In this document: positions 29,324 through 39,971 of the stretch, piece after piece
Layout: the number at the start of each line of letters is the position of its first letter
How positions within the stretch are numbered: the first letter of the stretch is position 1
Virus record (IMG/VR): IMGVR_UViG_3300000553_000007
Origin: an uncultured virus (IMG/VR IMGVR_UViG_3300000553_000007)
Lineage: Duplodnaviria > Heunggongvirae > Uroviricota > Caudoviricetes
Length of the DNA stretch: 64,000 nucleotides
Direction: 5' to 3' (one strand)
The notes under the pieces: model-generated
The model's input: the letters and a program-made list of their open reading frames with translations, nothing else
Told to the model about the DNA's origin: nothing
Databases searched by the model: none
Position numbers and translations under genes: made by a program

Positions 29324-31996
29324 TTAGAAATCCATTTTCACCACGAAATTAATTGGAAAGTCGGGTGTAATCTTTATAGGCGACCCCAATTTTGCAATTG
29401 CCACTAAATCTAATCCACTATAAAGGCCTATTGAGGTTGCCGTAGGCGCCAGATATGAGCCTGTCGGGTCTTGTTTAGTAAGTGTAGAGTAATCAAGAAA
29501 ATTTTGATTAATCATAGGCGGACGTCCACGGAGGGTCTGAGAATTCATATAATCTATGATATCACTCAAATACTTCTTATTAGAGCTAGGAGTTATATAC
29601 GACATGTAATTCTGTTGAGTAAGTCTATAAATAAAATATTTCCATAAAATATTCATATCATTCGTATTAATTTTATTGTCACCGTTGAAATCCAGATTAC
29701 CATACATTGTATTATTTATATCAGAATAACTGGAAGAGAATAGTGAATCCGTTCCAGTCCAAGATGAGGAATACATATTATATACCGACGTTTCTTCATC
29801 TGTCGTTGTATCAATTATAGATGATGTCCAATCGGTATTTGGTTTTCCTGATGGTTCCGTACTTTTATAAGCCATGTATCGTAATAATACATCTGCGTCT
29901 TGGAAATCAAATTTACCATTATTATTAATATCAAAATTAGCATTGGGTAATACAATCGACGACGGATTTGTACTAACGTTAAATTCCCCTGGTTCTATAG
30001 GACATATAATTTGTTTTTCTAGAATAGTCTGCGCCGAGGTGAAATTAATATCATATTTATACTCTCCTGATGATGTTTCATTCAATTGTAATCCATCGAA
30101 ATTAGAACCGGAAGTCATAATTACAATTTTACCGTTACGATAGAATACATTTCCTACGTAAAGATTTTCTCTTAGATTTCCAAGATTATAAATATACGAT
30201 TTACCATTTAAATCGCCTATACTTCCTGTAGAATATTCAGGATTAATATCCATATCAACGACTGACCCCGATATCAACATCGGAGAACCTATTATAATAA
30301 ATTGACTTGATATACAACAATCCCATCCATACGTTCTATGTGGAGATAAAAATCGTTTTTTAACTTGATATACATTTGTCACATCCCAATCTATATTGGT
30401 AGTATCCGGTATTGAACCTGTCGATTTATTATATAGAACGAATTGTCCACATAATGCCGGAGAGTCAAACTCCGCACAGTAATGTTCTTGAGATAAAGAC
30501 CCTCGTAAATAACAAATAGAAGTTGATAATGCGTTCGTTTTAGGAACTCCCGCAATTGCATAATTATTGAAAATGCTGACTGATTGACCTAATAAATTAT
30601 CTTCCATTATGTTTTCATTGCCATATGATTTTCTAGCTAAATAATATCCATAATTTTGATTAACACATCGTTCAAAAAAATACACCGCTCCTTGTTTATA
30701 CATTGACGAGCCGGAATATTCATATACGATTCTATCCGTTGGTGCGCCGACCATAACACTATTACCGAACATAGAAACTGAATGACCAAATGAATCGGCG
30801 GTATTAGGATAATTATAAACGATAGGCGTAACTGGATAAAATGGCAAAGGATATATGGAACTGCTATCCGGATGTAGTTTGAATGTATTAGTCCAGTGTG
30901 TTCCGTTAAATTCGTAGACATATGCCCTAGAATTATTCGGTTTAGAACTACCAACTACCATACTCCAACTAAATGACGATGACGCTTTATTCATCTCTAC
31001 ATCAGAACCGAAATTATCTCCGATTGTTATTTCAGTAGGTAATGGCAACGTTTGAATAAATGACCAATTGGTATTATCATTATTTTGTTTTCTAAACATG
31101 AAAACCGACCCCCTACTTCCAGATTCCAGTGGAGAACCAACGGCTAGCCACTCGTTATTTATAGAAAGTGAATATCCGAATGATTGTGATACGTTAATAT
31201 TTGGATTATTTATAGTTGCGATGTATGGGTCCGTTCCAATCACACCTATTACTCTAGATGATAAAGCTGCATATTGAGTTGGAGTATAATGCGTTTGTAA
31301 ATTTACTATTCCGCCATTATTAGACGTCGATTGTATTGATACATTGACCCAAGGTGCATTTGGAGTTGAATCCATACTTTGTAAAATTACATATGTAAAA
31401 TTTTGTAATGCCGGAACATTAGTTAATACATAAATGTAACCGCCTATAGAACTGGACCCGATTATAGTAGGAGAAACTCTAGTTGCATATGGGTCGATAT
31501 TTAATATAGATAAATCGTATAAATCTACATAACCAGAACCGGAATAATATGTCGATGACATACCAACGTTCAAATTATCGGTATTATATGGGTTGCCTAC
31601 TGCTAGTAGTGTATCTTTAATATCTACAGCCACTCCATACCCATCTTCCACCGGTGTAAAATAATTACCACCTAATTCGATTGATAAATCTCTATCTGCG
31701 GTATACGGTATAGAACCCGTGTATTCTGTATGTAAATAATTATCTGGTCCCGTTGCGCCGGAATTTTTGAATTCGGTTGATATCAACATAGTTGATGTTC
31801 TAGGTCTATATATTATAGATTTAACATCATGTGCATCTTCATTGATGTTATATTTATAAACTTCTACCGAACCGGTTCTAATACAACTGGCTGATAATAC
31901 ATTAAATCTAAATGGATTTGGATTGCCTACGGCGGCCCAATTACCGTCACAGGCAACAGACCAGCCGAAATTTTGATTAGATATTTTTGCAATCAT
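29324..31996 (-). CDS. Virion protein with FG-GAP-like propeller repeats and a dockerin-like insert
   Basis: Repeated FGxSV...VGxP...GxVY blades; paired DINNNGKFDFQD and DFNGDNKINTND motifs; C-terminal IGLY...VAIAKL..PI...MDF. Confidence 0.7.
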   Translation of the reverse strand: MIAKISNQNFGWSVACDGNWAAVGNPNPFRFNVLSASCIRTGSVEVYKYNINEDAHDVKSIIYRPRTSTMLISTEFKNSGATGPDNYLHTEYTGSIPYTADRDLSIELGGNYFTPVEDGYGVAVDIKDTLLAVGNPYNTDNLNVGMSSTYYSGSGYVDLYDLSILNIDPYATRVSPTIIGSSSIGGYIYVLTNVPALQNFTYVILQSMDSTPNAPWVNVSIQSTSNNGGIVNLQTHYTPTQYAALSSRVIGVIGTDPYIATINNPNINVSQSFGYSLSINNEWLAVGSPLESGSRGSVFMFRKQNNDNTNWSFIQTLPLPTEITIGDNFGSDVEMNKASSSFSWSMVVGSSKPNNSRAYVYEFNGTHWTNTFKLHPDSSSIYPLPFYPVTPIVYNYPNTADSFGHSVSMFGNSVMVGAPTDRIVYEYSGSSMYKQGAVYFFERCVNQNYGYYLARKSYGNENIMEDNLLGQSVSIFNNYAIAGVPKTNALSTSICYLRGSLSQEHYCAEFDSPALCGQFVLYNKSTGSIPDTTNIDWDVTNVYQVKKRFLSPHRTYGWDCCISSQFIIIGSPMLISGSVVDMDINPEYSTGSIGDLNGKSYIYNLGNLRENLYVGNVFYRNGKIVIMTSGSNFDGLQLNETSSGEYKYDINFTSAQTILEKQIICPIEPGEFNVSTNPSSIVLPNANFDINNNGKFDFQDADVLLRYMAYKSTEPSGKPNTDWTSSIIDTTTDEETSVYNMYSSSWTGTDSLFSSSYSDINNTMYGNLDFNGDNKINTNDMNILWKYFIYRLTQQNYMSYITPSSNKKYLSDIIDYMNSQTLRGRPPMINQNFLDYSTLTKQDPTGSYLAPTATSIGLYSGLDLVAIAKLGSPIKITPDFPINFVVKMDF

Positions 31997-32027
31997 ATTC
32001 GTATAAGTAGAAAATTATATTATGTAA

Positions 32028-32687
32028 TTAAAAACTAGATGAAACGTAAGAATTACAATAACTAGAACTACCTGTTACAAAATAATTTTTAGATTCGCCG
32101 ATTTCTTGTTGTCGTGAAAACAAATTAGTTCCTGCTAATAGATTCCCAGACCCATCATCGGTTATAACATAATCATTATCTTGTGTAGTATCATACATTA
32201 CCACCGTATTTTTATTAATTACATCTCCAAATACATTCCTTGGTATATTAATAAGTTGGAACTGGTCCGATAGATGTCTTTTTGTTTTTGACAATTCAAA
32301 ATCTATATTTTCAATACCCCAAATTTTAGTAGGGTCCACATAACTATTATAAAACATAGTCTTTACTTGAGCGTAAATTGACCGTTTGTAAGTCCCATCG
32401 AAATTTTGAGGCTCTGTATCAGGATAAAATATTCCTACGACTTTTAATCCAGATACCGAGTCTATCACATCGCTATCTTGTTGTTCCAATGCTATATCAC
32501 AATTTGAATTTACGTATGATGATGATTCTGTGTAATCTATGAACGTCAAGGCCACAGGCAACCCATCATTAGAGCCTGTGGATTCAAGTATAATGAGACT
32601 CTCATTACTCGTATTACTTATATTCCACTGTTTAGTCGCTACAAATGGGGTTAGAAGTATTTGATTTCGTTTCAGTGATTTTATCAT
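32028..32687 (-). CDS. Virion structural protein (tail/baseplate region)
   Basis: IPRNVFGD.I and ITDDGSGNL motifs; lies in the structural operon. Confidence 0.6.
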   Translation of the reverse strand: MIKSLKRNQILLTPFVATKQWNISNTSNESLIILESTGSNDGLPVALTFIDYTESSSYVNSNCDIALEQQDSDVIDSVSGLKVVGIFYPDTEPQNFDGTYKRSIYAQVKTMFYNSYVDPTKIWGIENIDFELSKTKRHLSDQFQLINIPRNVFGDVINKNTVVMYDTTQDNDYVITDDGSGNLLAGTNLFSRQQEIGESKNYFVTGSSSYCNSYVSSSF

Positions 32688-32704
32688 GATAGAATTTCAT
32701 TTTA

Positions 32705-33895
32705 TTAGAAATCCAATCTCACCTTAATAAGAAGCTCATTATCAAATGTTTTTAATGCTGGTCTACTTAATTTGGCAACGGCAATCAATTCATTATTGTC
32801 ATTATACAAACCTACAGTGGTAATGTATGTGGTCGGATTTGTAATAAAATCTTGATTATAAATTGTACCTTTTGTATGATTTGGATTTCCGTCGGTTCCG
32901 TCATATACATACGTTGGATTATTGGAATAATTAAAATCTCGGTTTTTTACTCTCACAAAGTAATGTTGGGATGGGACATATTCACTTTTACGTACTTTGA
33001 ATGTACTATTGACCGCGTTTTGAATGGCGAAATTAAATACCTTATGATTCACAGTCGTCGGTGTTAACGTAGATTGTCCTGGAATAGCGATGCCGGAAAT
33101 ACTAGCTGTACTATAATTTGCCGGACATGGTGGTATTGACGTATTGGCTACAACGGAACCTGACATACCACTACTTAATCCAATTAACCAGTCTACTACC
33201 TGTGCGTTAAATATGGCGATGCCATCATTTGGATACAACAATCCTATACCTTGGTATGGTGGTAAAGTAGTCGTAGCATCATTAATAGAACCAGAAATCA
33301 AATTGTATACAGTAGACGTCTGAGAAAGAAATGGAGAATCGTCTCTAACCGTCAAAGACCCCTTAGACCCGGATAAAGTAATTTCAAAAATACCTTCGTC
33401 CACTTTATCTTTCATTTTATATGATGAAAAGTTAATAATGAAAATATCAGTTCCCGCTATTCCTTGTGGATTTGTAGAACTGCCTGACGCAAATTGAAAT
33501 ATTCCCGATGCATCCGTTCCTCCTATTAACATATTTTGGTATTGGGTATATATCGCCTTTGGAGAGAATGCTAATATACTTCCGGTATCCAAATCAAATG
33601 AACCACTACCAGAATCTCCATAAAAATTTCCATATGCTACTGAAAAATATGGGTCGTTATTAGTGTGAGTAGTAGAATCAGGAAAGACATCAACATAATA
33701 CATAGTTCTACGGACATCATAGATAGACGCTCCATAAGACGGTGATGGAGTTATAGATGATTGTGTTAATTCATAAAAATTGTCTAGAAATTTACTTTGA
33801 CTTGCAAACGTAACTCCATTTGGCCAGAATCCACTCGCTATGCGACTGGTTCTGCCTGACACTATATCCGTAGGGTCGAATTGATTAAATATCAT
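32705..33895 (-). CDS. Virion structural protein (tail/baseplate region)
   Basis: FNYSNNPTY and YITTVGLYNDNNELIAVAKLSRP...VRLDF C-terminus, paralogous to that of 29324..31996. Confidence 0.65.
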   Translation of the reverse strand: MIFNQFDPTDIVSGRTSRIASGFWPNGVTFASQSKFLDNFYELTQSSITPSPSYGASIYDVRRTMYYVDVFPDSTTHTNNDPYFSVAYGNFYGDSGSGSFDLDTGSILAFSPKAIYTQYQNMLIGGTDASGIFQFASGSSTNPQGIAGTDIFIINFSSYKMKDKVDEGIFEITLSGSKGSLTVRDDSPFLSQTSTVYNLISGSINDATTTLPPYQGIGLLYPNDGIAIFNAQVVDWLIGLSSGMSGSVVANTSIPPCPANYSTASISGIAIPGQSTLTPTTVNHKVFNFAIQNAVNSTFKVRKSEYVPSQHYFVRVKNRDFNYSNNPTYVYDGTDGNPNHTKGTIYNQDFITNPTTYITTVGLYNDNNELIAVAKLSRPALKTFDNELLIKVRLDF

Positions 33896-33908
33896 ATGTT
33901 ATACCTTA

Positions 33909-34550
33909 TTATGCAGTTGTTGGAACCGTCACAGTCACTTCGATACTTAAACTGCCGCCGGATTCGTTACCGACGATTGTAAGTGAAGTCGAGGTAGTCT
34001 TACCTAAACTGCTATTTGGGAGAAATCGGAATTTCTGACCTACGACGACTTGTGCGCTTGTTGTGTTTATATCACCGGCGAATGTTGGAATTGTACTAGA
34101 AACTGAGTTTATCGAATTCGCTTGGTCTACGATTAATACTCCAACATTTTTATTACCAAGAATCGCCGTATAACCCAATGTTAGATTATATGCTGGATTA
34201 GTCGACGGCGCTATGATAATATCTCCAGTATAATTACTTGGTACTGAAATTTTATCTTGTGCGATGCTAATGACAGGAATCGAGGTAACTCCTTGATTCA
34301 GACTGACTAATTTATATTTCATCACCTGAGTTTCGTCGGACACCGGCTCAAATACAGGCGTATTTCTTATGGCAATGTCATAGAATGCGCTACCATTTGG
34401 ATGATTTGGTTGATAAAGCGTATAATCGATTTCATCATCGGCTACTGAGAATGATGTGATGTTAAGATTTCCATTCTGAGCCAAAAGTTCACGTCCCTTT
34501 TTGGTGAGAATCGCGTCCACTGTAATTGTTTGATTGTCTATATATGCCAT
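33909..34550 (-). CDS. Virion structural protein
   Basis: VDAILTKKGRELLA...ITSF...DDEIDY N-terminal domain; lies in the structural operon. Confidence 0.6.
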   Translation of the reverse strand: MAYIDNQTITVDAILTKKGRELLAQNGNLNITSFSVADDEIDYTLYQPNHPNGSAFYDIAIRNTPVFEPVSDETQVMKYKLVSLNQGVTSIPVISIAQDKISVPSNYTGDIIIAPSTNPAYNLTLGYTAILGNKNVGVLIVDQANSINSVSSTIPTFAGDINTTSAQVVVGQKFRFLPNSSLGKTTSTSLTIVGNESGGSLSIEVTVTVPTTA

Positions 34551-34605
34551 ATGAGTATCTCTCTTCTGTATAAGTATTCCTATAAATATGTTTTTCCTAT
34601 GTTTT

Positions 34606-37600
34606 TTACTTTTTAACTTTACTTATATTACTTGATTTTATTTGATTTAAAAGTATTTGTGACTGATTTATGCTATTTTGTATAGTCGTGACTGTCGGCG
34701 ATTTAACAGTAGAACTACTGTTAGTGACTTGACCGCTAGTTGGCGATGGTATATTTTGAATCACAGGCGACGTATTTATAATTTTTATGTTACTGGTATT
34801 CAATTGTGTTACCGGACTCGTTCCGTCATTAATACCGTCTGAGTTTACTGTCGTGGACATCGTATTTTTACCTTTTGTAAAAATTCCCATATTATATGTT
34901 CCGAATTTGGATTTCGAAAATTGTTGGGATTTGTGAGTATAGTGATTTTTGGGATAACTTTTAACCAATTCAAAATATTGACCGTCGTCTAAGAAATTCA
35001 AATTAATCGGAGTCAATCCTGGTATAGGAATAGGGTTAGAATATGATGTGCTGATATTACTGACCGTTTGGTCAGGAGTATTCAAGAATGTATTTACTTT
35101 ATGTAAAAATGAATTGTCTACGCCATCATAGGTATAAGATAGACTGGATGAATCGTATATTGGTAAATAAACTAAATCTGTAAAATATACAAGATTTCTC
35201 ATATAATGTTCATCAATAATAACATATTTATATAAATAAACCGAGGCGGATGACTGTGTATTGTCTAATGGATTTTCCGAATGACAATAGTTTCCGGCTT
35301 TAGAGTAATAATGATATTTGTTCCAAAGTTTCATCATGTAGTAAATGGTTTGGTGATTGCCTCTATTTGACCCAGAAAAGAATTTCGTTGGATAATTTAC
35401 TCCGTGGTCTGGACCTATTACTAATCTACCATCACTATTAACATCGTTGTTATATGTCACCGACCCGATTATAGGTTTTGTATAGTTGAGTGGCAATGGA
35501 CCGGTTGATGATGTTTCCCATAATCTAGGCAACAATTCAAAATCAGGATAAAATCCTCTCTGAATATTGTCCATACAATCATTATAATATCCGTCGTTGA
35601 AATTTGCCGGCCAATTACGAACAGGGTTTCCGATATATTTTATATCAATTGTATTCTGATAATTTGGTGGCAACGAATTCAACATTGATAATTGTAGGGA
35701 ACTTGAATTTTGACCTGTATTTACCGATGAAAAATCCGTATTAAAATTGGCCCATAAAAGACCAGAATCGAAGTTATAAATATTGTTTATGACGCCGGGA
35801 TTTTGGTATGATACACATACACTAGATGTTATTGGTCTATTTTGATATTTAGGTCTTTCTAGAACTGTCGGTTCTATTATCACTCCCGTATAAGAATTGG
35901 CCCTAGCAGGCAATACATTCTTTATAGCTTGAAAAATTGATTTATCAAAATAAAATTTATAAACTGTCAATAATTCATTGAAATATGTTTTCTTATTTCC
36001 ATTGGAATTATATTCGGAATTTTTATTTCTCAGGTCGTAGTATCGGTCGCTATATAGATTGGATGGGTCGCCAATCATATTCATTATACCATTATTGCCG
36101 ACGTATCTTAAAATGTCTTTATTTTTAGAATCTTGTGGGTCAATAAAAAATCCTAATTGATTAGATTCCCCTGAAACTGTGATTGTAGGTTCATTGGTAG
36201 ACCTGTTAAATGCATCTAATCTAGAATCCAAATCGTAAGTTATTTTACGAATTTTATTATTTTTATATTTATTTGGCCCAAACTTCGAGGCATCAATATC
36301 TTGTTGATATGTTAGTTCATCAAATTGATATGGATATACCGATTGAGAAATCCACTGACATGTAGGGGCGCCAACCCACGATGCGGAGAATGCGTTACCT
36401 ATTACTTGTGGGAAGTTGTAAGCTATAATATCCACCGACCCCGTTGGATAATATGACAACCAACGGTTGTTTATTATGTTTAAAGATGCTGAATATAATG
36501 TCGGGTTTTTTGTCGTCAGAGATGCGTCGGTATAATAGTTTGGAATATTGTAATATGCCGATTCATTATTGACCCACACTTTACCGCCATTTGCATTCAT
36601 ATTTTGTGGATAATCCCAATTTAATCTTATCCACAGATTTTGATATGCCGCCGAACCGCTATAACCATACGAATTCAAGTCGTTGACATGTTCTTCAAAA
36701 TCTTTATCATCCAGAGCTATGTCCCATATAGATAATTTATCCAAAGTACCTTCAAAATTTCCATTGGATAGTCTGAATCTACCCCACTGAGAAAACACGG
36801 AATTATCAGTTTCGTATAATATTACACTCGACGTCGAATAGAAAATTTTTCGTCCATTTTCATTTCTTTGAACGGTTAAATCATACTCTAATGGGACTAA
36901 ATTTGAACCGGTAGTAGGCTCGAATTGTGAAAATGAATCATTACGTCTGACCATCACACTGAAAATGTCTCCATTGAATATAGGTAATGTACTACTGGTA
37001 ATTGAAGCTCCGGTAGAACCAGAACCAAATTGAACCATCAGTTTTCCTGTGTATTGTCCAGGAACTTTATAAAACCCAACCGTCCAATTGAAATTCGCTG
37101 AGCTAGAATATGGGTATGGAATACTAGTAAATAATGGTATATATTTATAATCTGAATAATCCGCGTCAGTATTAACTGAAAATTTCAATTCAACTGTTTG
37201 TGTGGAATATGGTATAGGCCCTTCAACGTAATCGTTTACGTCTGAGAATTTTAACATATAAGTCTTCTCATCTAACGTGTAAGTAGGTGTAGTATTATCC
37301 GAGTAATCAGTTCCACCATATTCCCTAACCGTAATCATTGAGGACGGTAAACCATAACACGTCATTAAATAATTTACACACTCTAAAGTTCCTTTGGTTT
37401 TATAAATTCCAGGCAAATTTACAAGAATGCGGTTCCAAATGGTTTGTAATCTTTCTTGTCCTGATAAGGCATCATAGGATGCCGAATCCATACTATTAAG
37501 ATATACTTCATCGATATCCAACGAACCTATAATATCATCAACATTCCAACCGAATGAATACAACATTTCTTTTAATGTATTTATAGGAACACTGGATGTT

Positions 37601-39489
37601 AATTCATTTTTAACTTGTCTCTCAACTGGCATGGCAGAGATGTATGTGTAGATATTATCAAAATGATGTCCCGCCATATTCAAAAATGTCAAATAATCTA
37701 TATTATTTGAATCGTCCGTAATATATTGTGGAACGTTTGCCAGTAGACTATCTCTATTGGTTGAATCATAATTGGAGGCTACTACATCGGCGTCATAAAC
37801 ATAATTGGGATTATAAAAGGAGCCTGATGCTGTTGAATATTTGTAATTTCCACTATTAAAAAGATAAGAATCATATCCATCAAATGAATTTACTATGTCA
37901 CTTATTTGTGTAGTTATGGTGGACTGTTCTTTAAAATAATATTGATATGGTGTGGATGATGATAATGATGAATTATATCTGTTATTTAATTCTACAAGAG
38001 AATCATTCAACACCGTCCATTGGATAATTTTCTTCTTAAAAATATCAAGTCGGCTTTTAACGGAAGAAAATACAATAAAATTTGAATAGTCGGAATAATC
38101 CGTGTTCAATTCCACCATATTTTTATTTATTTGAATTGAATCGGATGTGGTTGGAGTGTACGATAAATCGTTAGAGGAATACGTCTTATTTGAATTTTCT
38201 ACATTTATTAAATTCTGAGAAGCTCCAAAATTTGCAGATGAGATTTTTATGGTCTGATATTTGACTGGATTTTGAAGAATTGCAGTAAATACATACGGAA
38301 CCATACCATAATTAGAAATCCAACAAGAATCCTTGATGGATATATCAGACGGTAATTCCGCCGATAATTTTATAACCAATGTCAGTGGGTCTGATGCTGA
38401 TATTCTTTCATCTATATAATCCGAATTTAATATTGAAAAATATTTATTATTTCCAAAATTTAAAACGTTTTTAAAATACCCAAAATATTTAGTTTCATAA
38501 CTATTTTTTAACGGAGATACTGCTATATCATAAAAATAACCAACAAAGAAGTCATAACAAAATTGTATAGCCTCCAATTTTCCCTGTTCGTTAGAATTTA
38601 CAAATTGACTGAATCGTTCGGTCAATCTTGCATTTACAAATGATACATATTTATCTCTAATACCATCAAAATCTGCAATTTGTTCATAGTTCTGTAATAA
38701 AAAGTTGGTCTGATATGTTTTTATTCCTTGAATCCTTGTAATAATTGACTGTTGGTTATTGTTTATAACCGACGTATATTTTACATAATCTTCATAAAGA
38801 TTTTTTAAGAATGTTACAACCGAACCGTCATCAGGTAAAAAGAATGCAAATTTTAGAAAAGATATTCCGGTAGAATATCGGTCTAATGAACTCATAGTTC
38901 TGTAGATGGTATCATATTGAATATTTTTGTATATTGATAATAACACAGAAGCCACGTCACGTATAGGAAATTTCTTTACACAGAACGAGTTATATTGTAC
39001 ATCGCCACTTCCATTGGAAGGTATCAACTTAATTTCAGTACGGGATGTTGAAATGTCTTTAATTGTAAGCGACGACGAAATATTACCGGCCATCTCTCTT
39101 ACAAAATTATAAGATAATGAATAATTCCCATCTACAATTCCTATATTACTTAAATCGTCTGCGGGTTGTAATAAAATCGATTGATTTTTATAAACGGTAA
39201 ATGGATTTACTAATTGATTGTATGAGTAACTGTTTGGGGTATTTAAATTATCCAAATAAGTTAAAGTAACCGTTTGAAATGTTTTATCTTGATAAAGAAT
39301 ACCATAATTTTGTAAAGTCTGGTCTACGGTAGAAAACGCACTAACCTCTATTACATCATTTGGGGAGAGGCCAAACCATATATCAGAACTCTGAGATACA
39401 TAAAACAATGCCGTATCAGCTTCACTAAGAAATGACCCTGATTGGATGCTTCCTGTATATTCTCCTAATACTGCGTATGGTAATGACAT
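34606..39489 (-). CDS. Large baseplate/tail structural protein
   Basis: 1627 aa; IWNRIL.NLPGIYKTKGT...L..CYG tail/baseplate-wedge-like motif followed by a LamG-like region; downstream of the baseplate genes. Confidence 0.65.
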   Translation of the reverse strand: MSLPYAVLGEYTGSIQSGSFLSEADTALFYVSQSSDIWFGLSPNDVIEVSAFSTVDQTLQNYGILYQDKTFQTVTLTYLDNLNTPNSYSYNQLVNPFTVYKNQSILLQPADDLSNIGIVDGNYSLSYNFVREMAGNISSSLTIKDISTSRTEIKLIPSNGSGDVQYNSFCVKKFPIRDVASVLLSIYKNIQYDTIYRTMSSLDRYSTGISFLKFAFFLPDDGSVVTFLKNLYEDYVKYTSVINNNQQSIITRIQGIKTYQTNFLLQNYEQIADFDGIRDKYVSFVNARLTERFSQFVNSNEQGKLEAIQFCYDFFVGYFYDIAVSPLKNSYETKYFGYFKNVLNFGNNKYFSILNSDYIDERISASDPLTLVIKLSAELPSDISIKDSCWISNYGMVPYVFTAILQNPVKYQTIKISSANFGASQNLINVENSNKTYSSNDLSYTPTTSDSIQINKNMVELNTDYSDYSNFIVFSSVKSRLDIFKKKIIQWTVLNDSLVELNNRYNSSLSSSTPYQYYFKEQSTITTQISDIVNSFDGYDSYLFNSGNYKYSTASGSFYNPNYVYDADVVASNYDSTNRDSLLANVPQYITDDSNNIDYLTFLNMAGHHFDNIYTYISAMPVERQVKNELTSSVPINTLKEMLYSFGWNVDDIIGSLDIDEVYLNSMDSASYDALSGQERLQTIWNRILVNLPGIYKTKGTLECVNYLMTCYGLPSSMITVREYGGTDYSDNTTPTYTLDEKTYMLKFSDVNDYVEGPIPYSTQTVELKFSVNTDADYSDYKYIPLFTSIPYPYSSSANFNWTVGFYKVPGQYTGKLMVQFGSGSTGASITSSTLPIFNGDIFSVMVRRNDSFSQFEPTTGSNLVPLEYDLTVQRNENGRKIFYSTSSVILYETDNSVFSQWGRFRLSNGNFEGTLDKLSIWDIALDDKDFEEHVNDLNSYGYSGSAAYQNLWIRLNWDYPQNMNANGGKVWVNNESAYYNIPNYYTDASLTTKNPTLYSASLNIINNRWLSYYPTGSVDIIAYNFPQVIGNAFSASWVGAPTCQWISQSVYPYQFDELTYQQDIDASKFGPNKYKNNKIRKITYDLDSRLDAFNRSTNEPTITVSGESNQLGFFIDPQDSKNKDILRYVGNNGIMNMIGDPSNLYSDRYYDLRNKNSEYNSNGNKKTYFNELLTVYKFYFDKSIFQAIKNVLPARANSYTGVIIEPTVLERPKYQNRPITSSVCVSYQNPGVINNIYNFDSGLLWANFNTDFSSVNTGQNSSSLQLSMLNSLPPNYQNTIDIKYIGNPVRNWPANFNDGYYNDCMDNIQRGFYPDFELLPRLWETSSTGPLPLNYTKPIIGSVTYNNDVNSDGRLVIGPDHGVNYPTKFFSGSNRGNHQTIYYMMKLWNKYHYYSKAGNYCHSENPLDNTQSSASVYLYKYVIIDEHYMRNLVYFTDLVYLPIYDSSSLSYTYDGVDNSFLHKVNTFLNTPDQTVSNISTSYSNPIPIPGLTPINLNFLDDGQYFELVKSYPKNHYTHKSQQFSKSKFGTYNMGIFTKGKNTMSTTVNSDGINDGTSPVTQLNTSNIKIINTSPVIQNIPSPTSGQVTNSSSTVKSPTVTTIQNSINQSQILLNQIKSSNISKVKK

Positions 39490-39493
39490 ATTT

Positions 39494-39970
39494 TTAACCT
39501 AATGGTGATGATTGTAATTCTATTGGTATTGGTAGGTACGGATAGGAATTTGAGAAGTCATTCGTCGTCGAACCTTGACCCAATTGAATTCTAAGACCTA
39601 TAATTATATTTTTAATTGATTGTATGTCAGCCGACCCAGTATCCATTTCACTGATAGAAATTAATGACTGTAGCTGTCCTTGTAATTGATTATTTTGATT
39701 TGTTATTTCATTTATTTGGTCTATTGCCGCTTGTGGAAATGTGACCACAGAACCGGTGACTTTAATTGGAATAAACTCCGTAAATGTTGAATCGTAAAAT
39801 GACAATACTTTAGAATTATTATAATTATAATTTCCTAATGGCAATGAGAAGTAAACCTGCTGAAATACAGATGATGATGGATTTAAAATTTCGTTACCTA
39901 CAACGTCGAATATATAGTTGTACGTACCATAATTTATAAAATCTGTTATTTGTTGACTAAAATCTGTCAT
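39494..39970 (-). CDS. Hypothetical structural-operon protein
   Basis: 158 aa with a short coiled coil. Confidence 0.55.
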   Translation of the reverse strand: MTDFSQQITDFINYGTYNYIFDVVGNEILNPSSSVFQQVYFSLPLGNYNYNNSKVLSFYDSTFTEFIPIKVTGSVVTFPQAAIDQINEITNQNNQLQGQLQSLISISEMDTGSADIQSIKNIIIGLRIQLGQGSTTNDFSNSYPYLPIPIELQSSPLG

Positions 39971-39971
39971 T

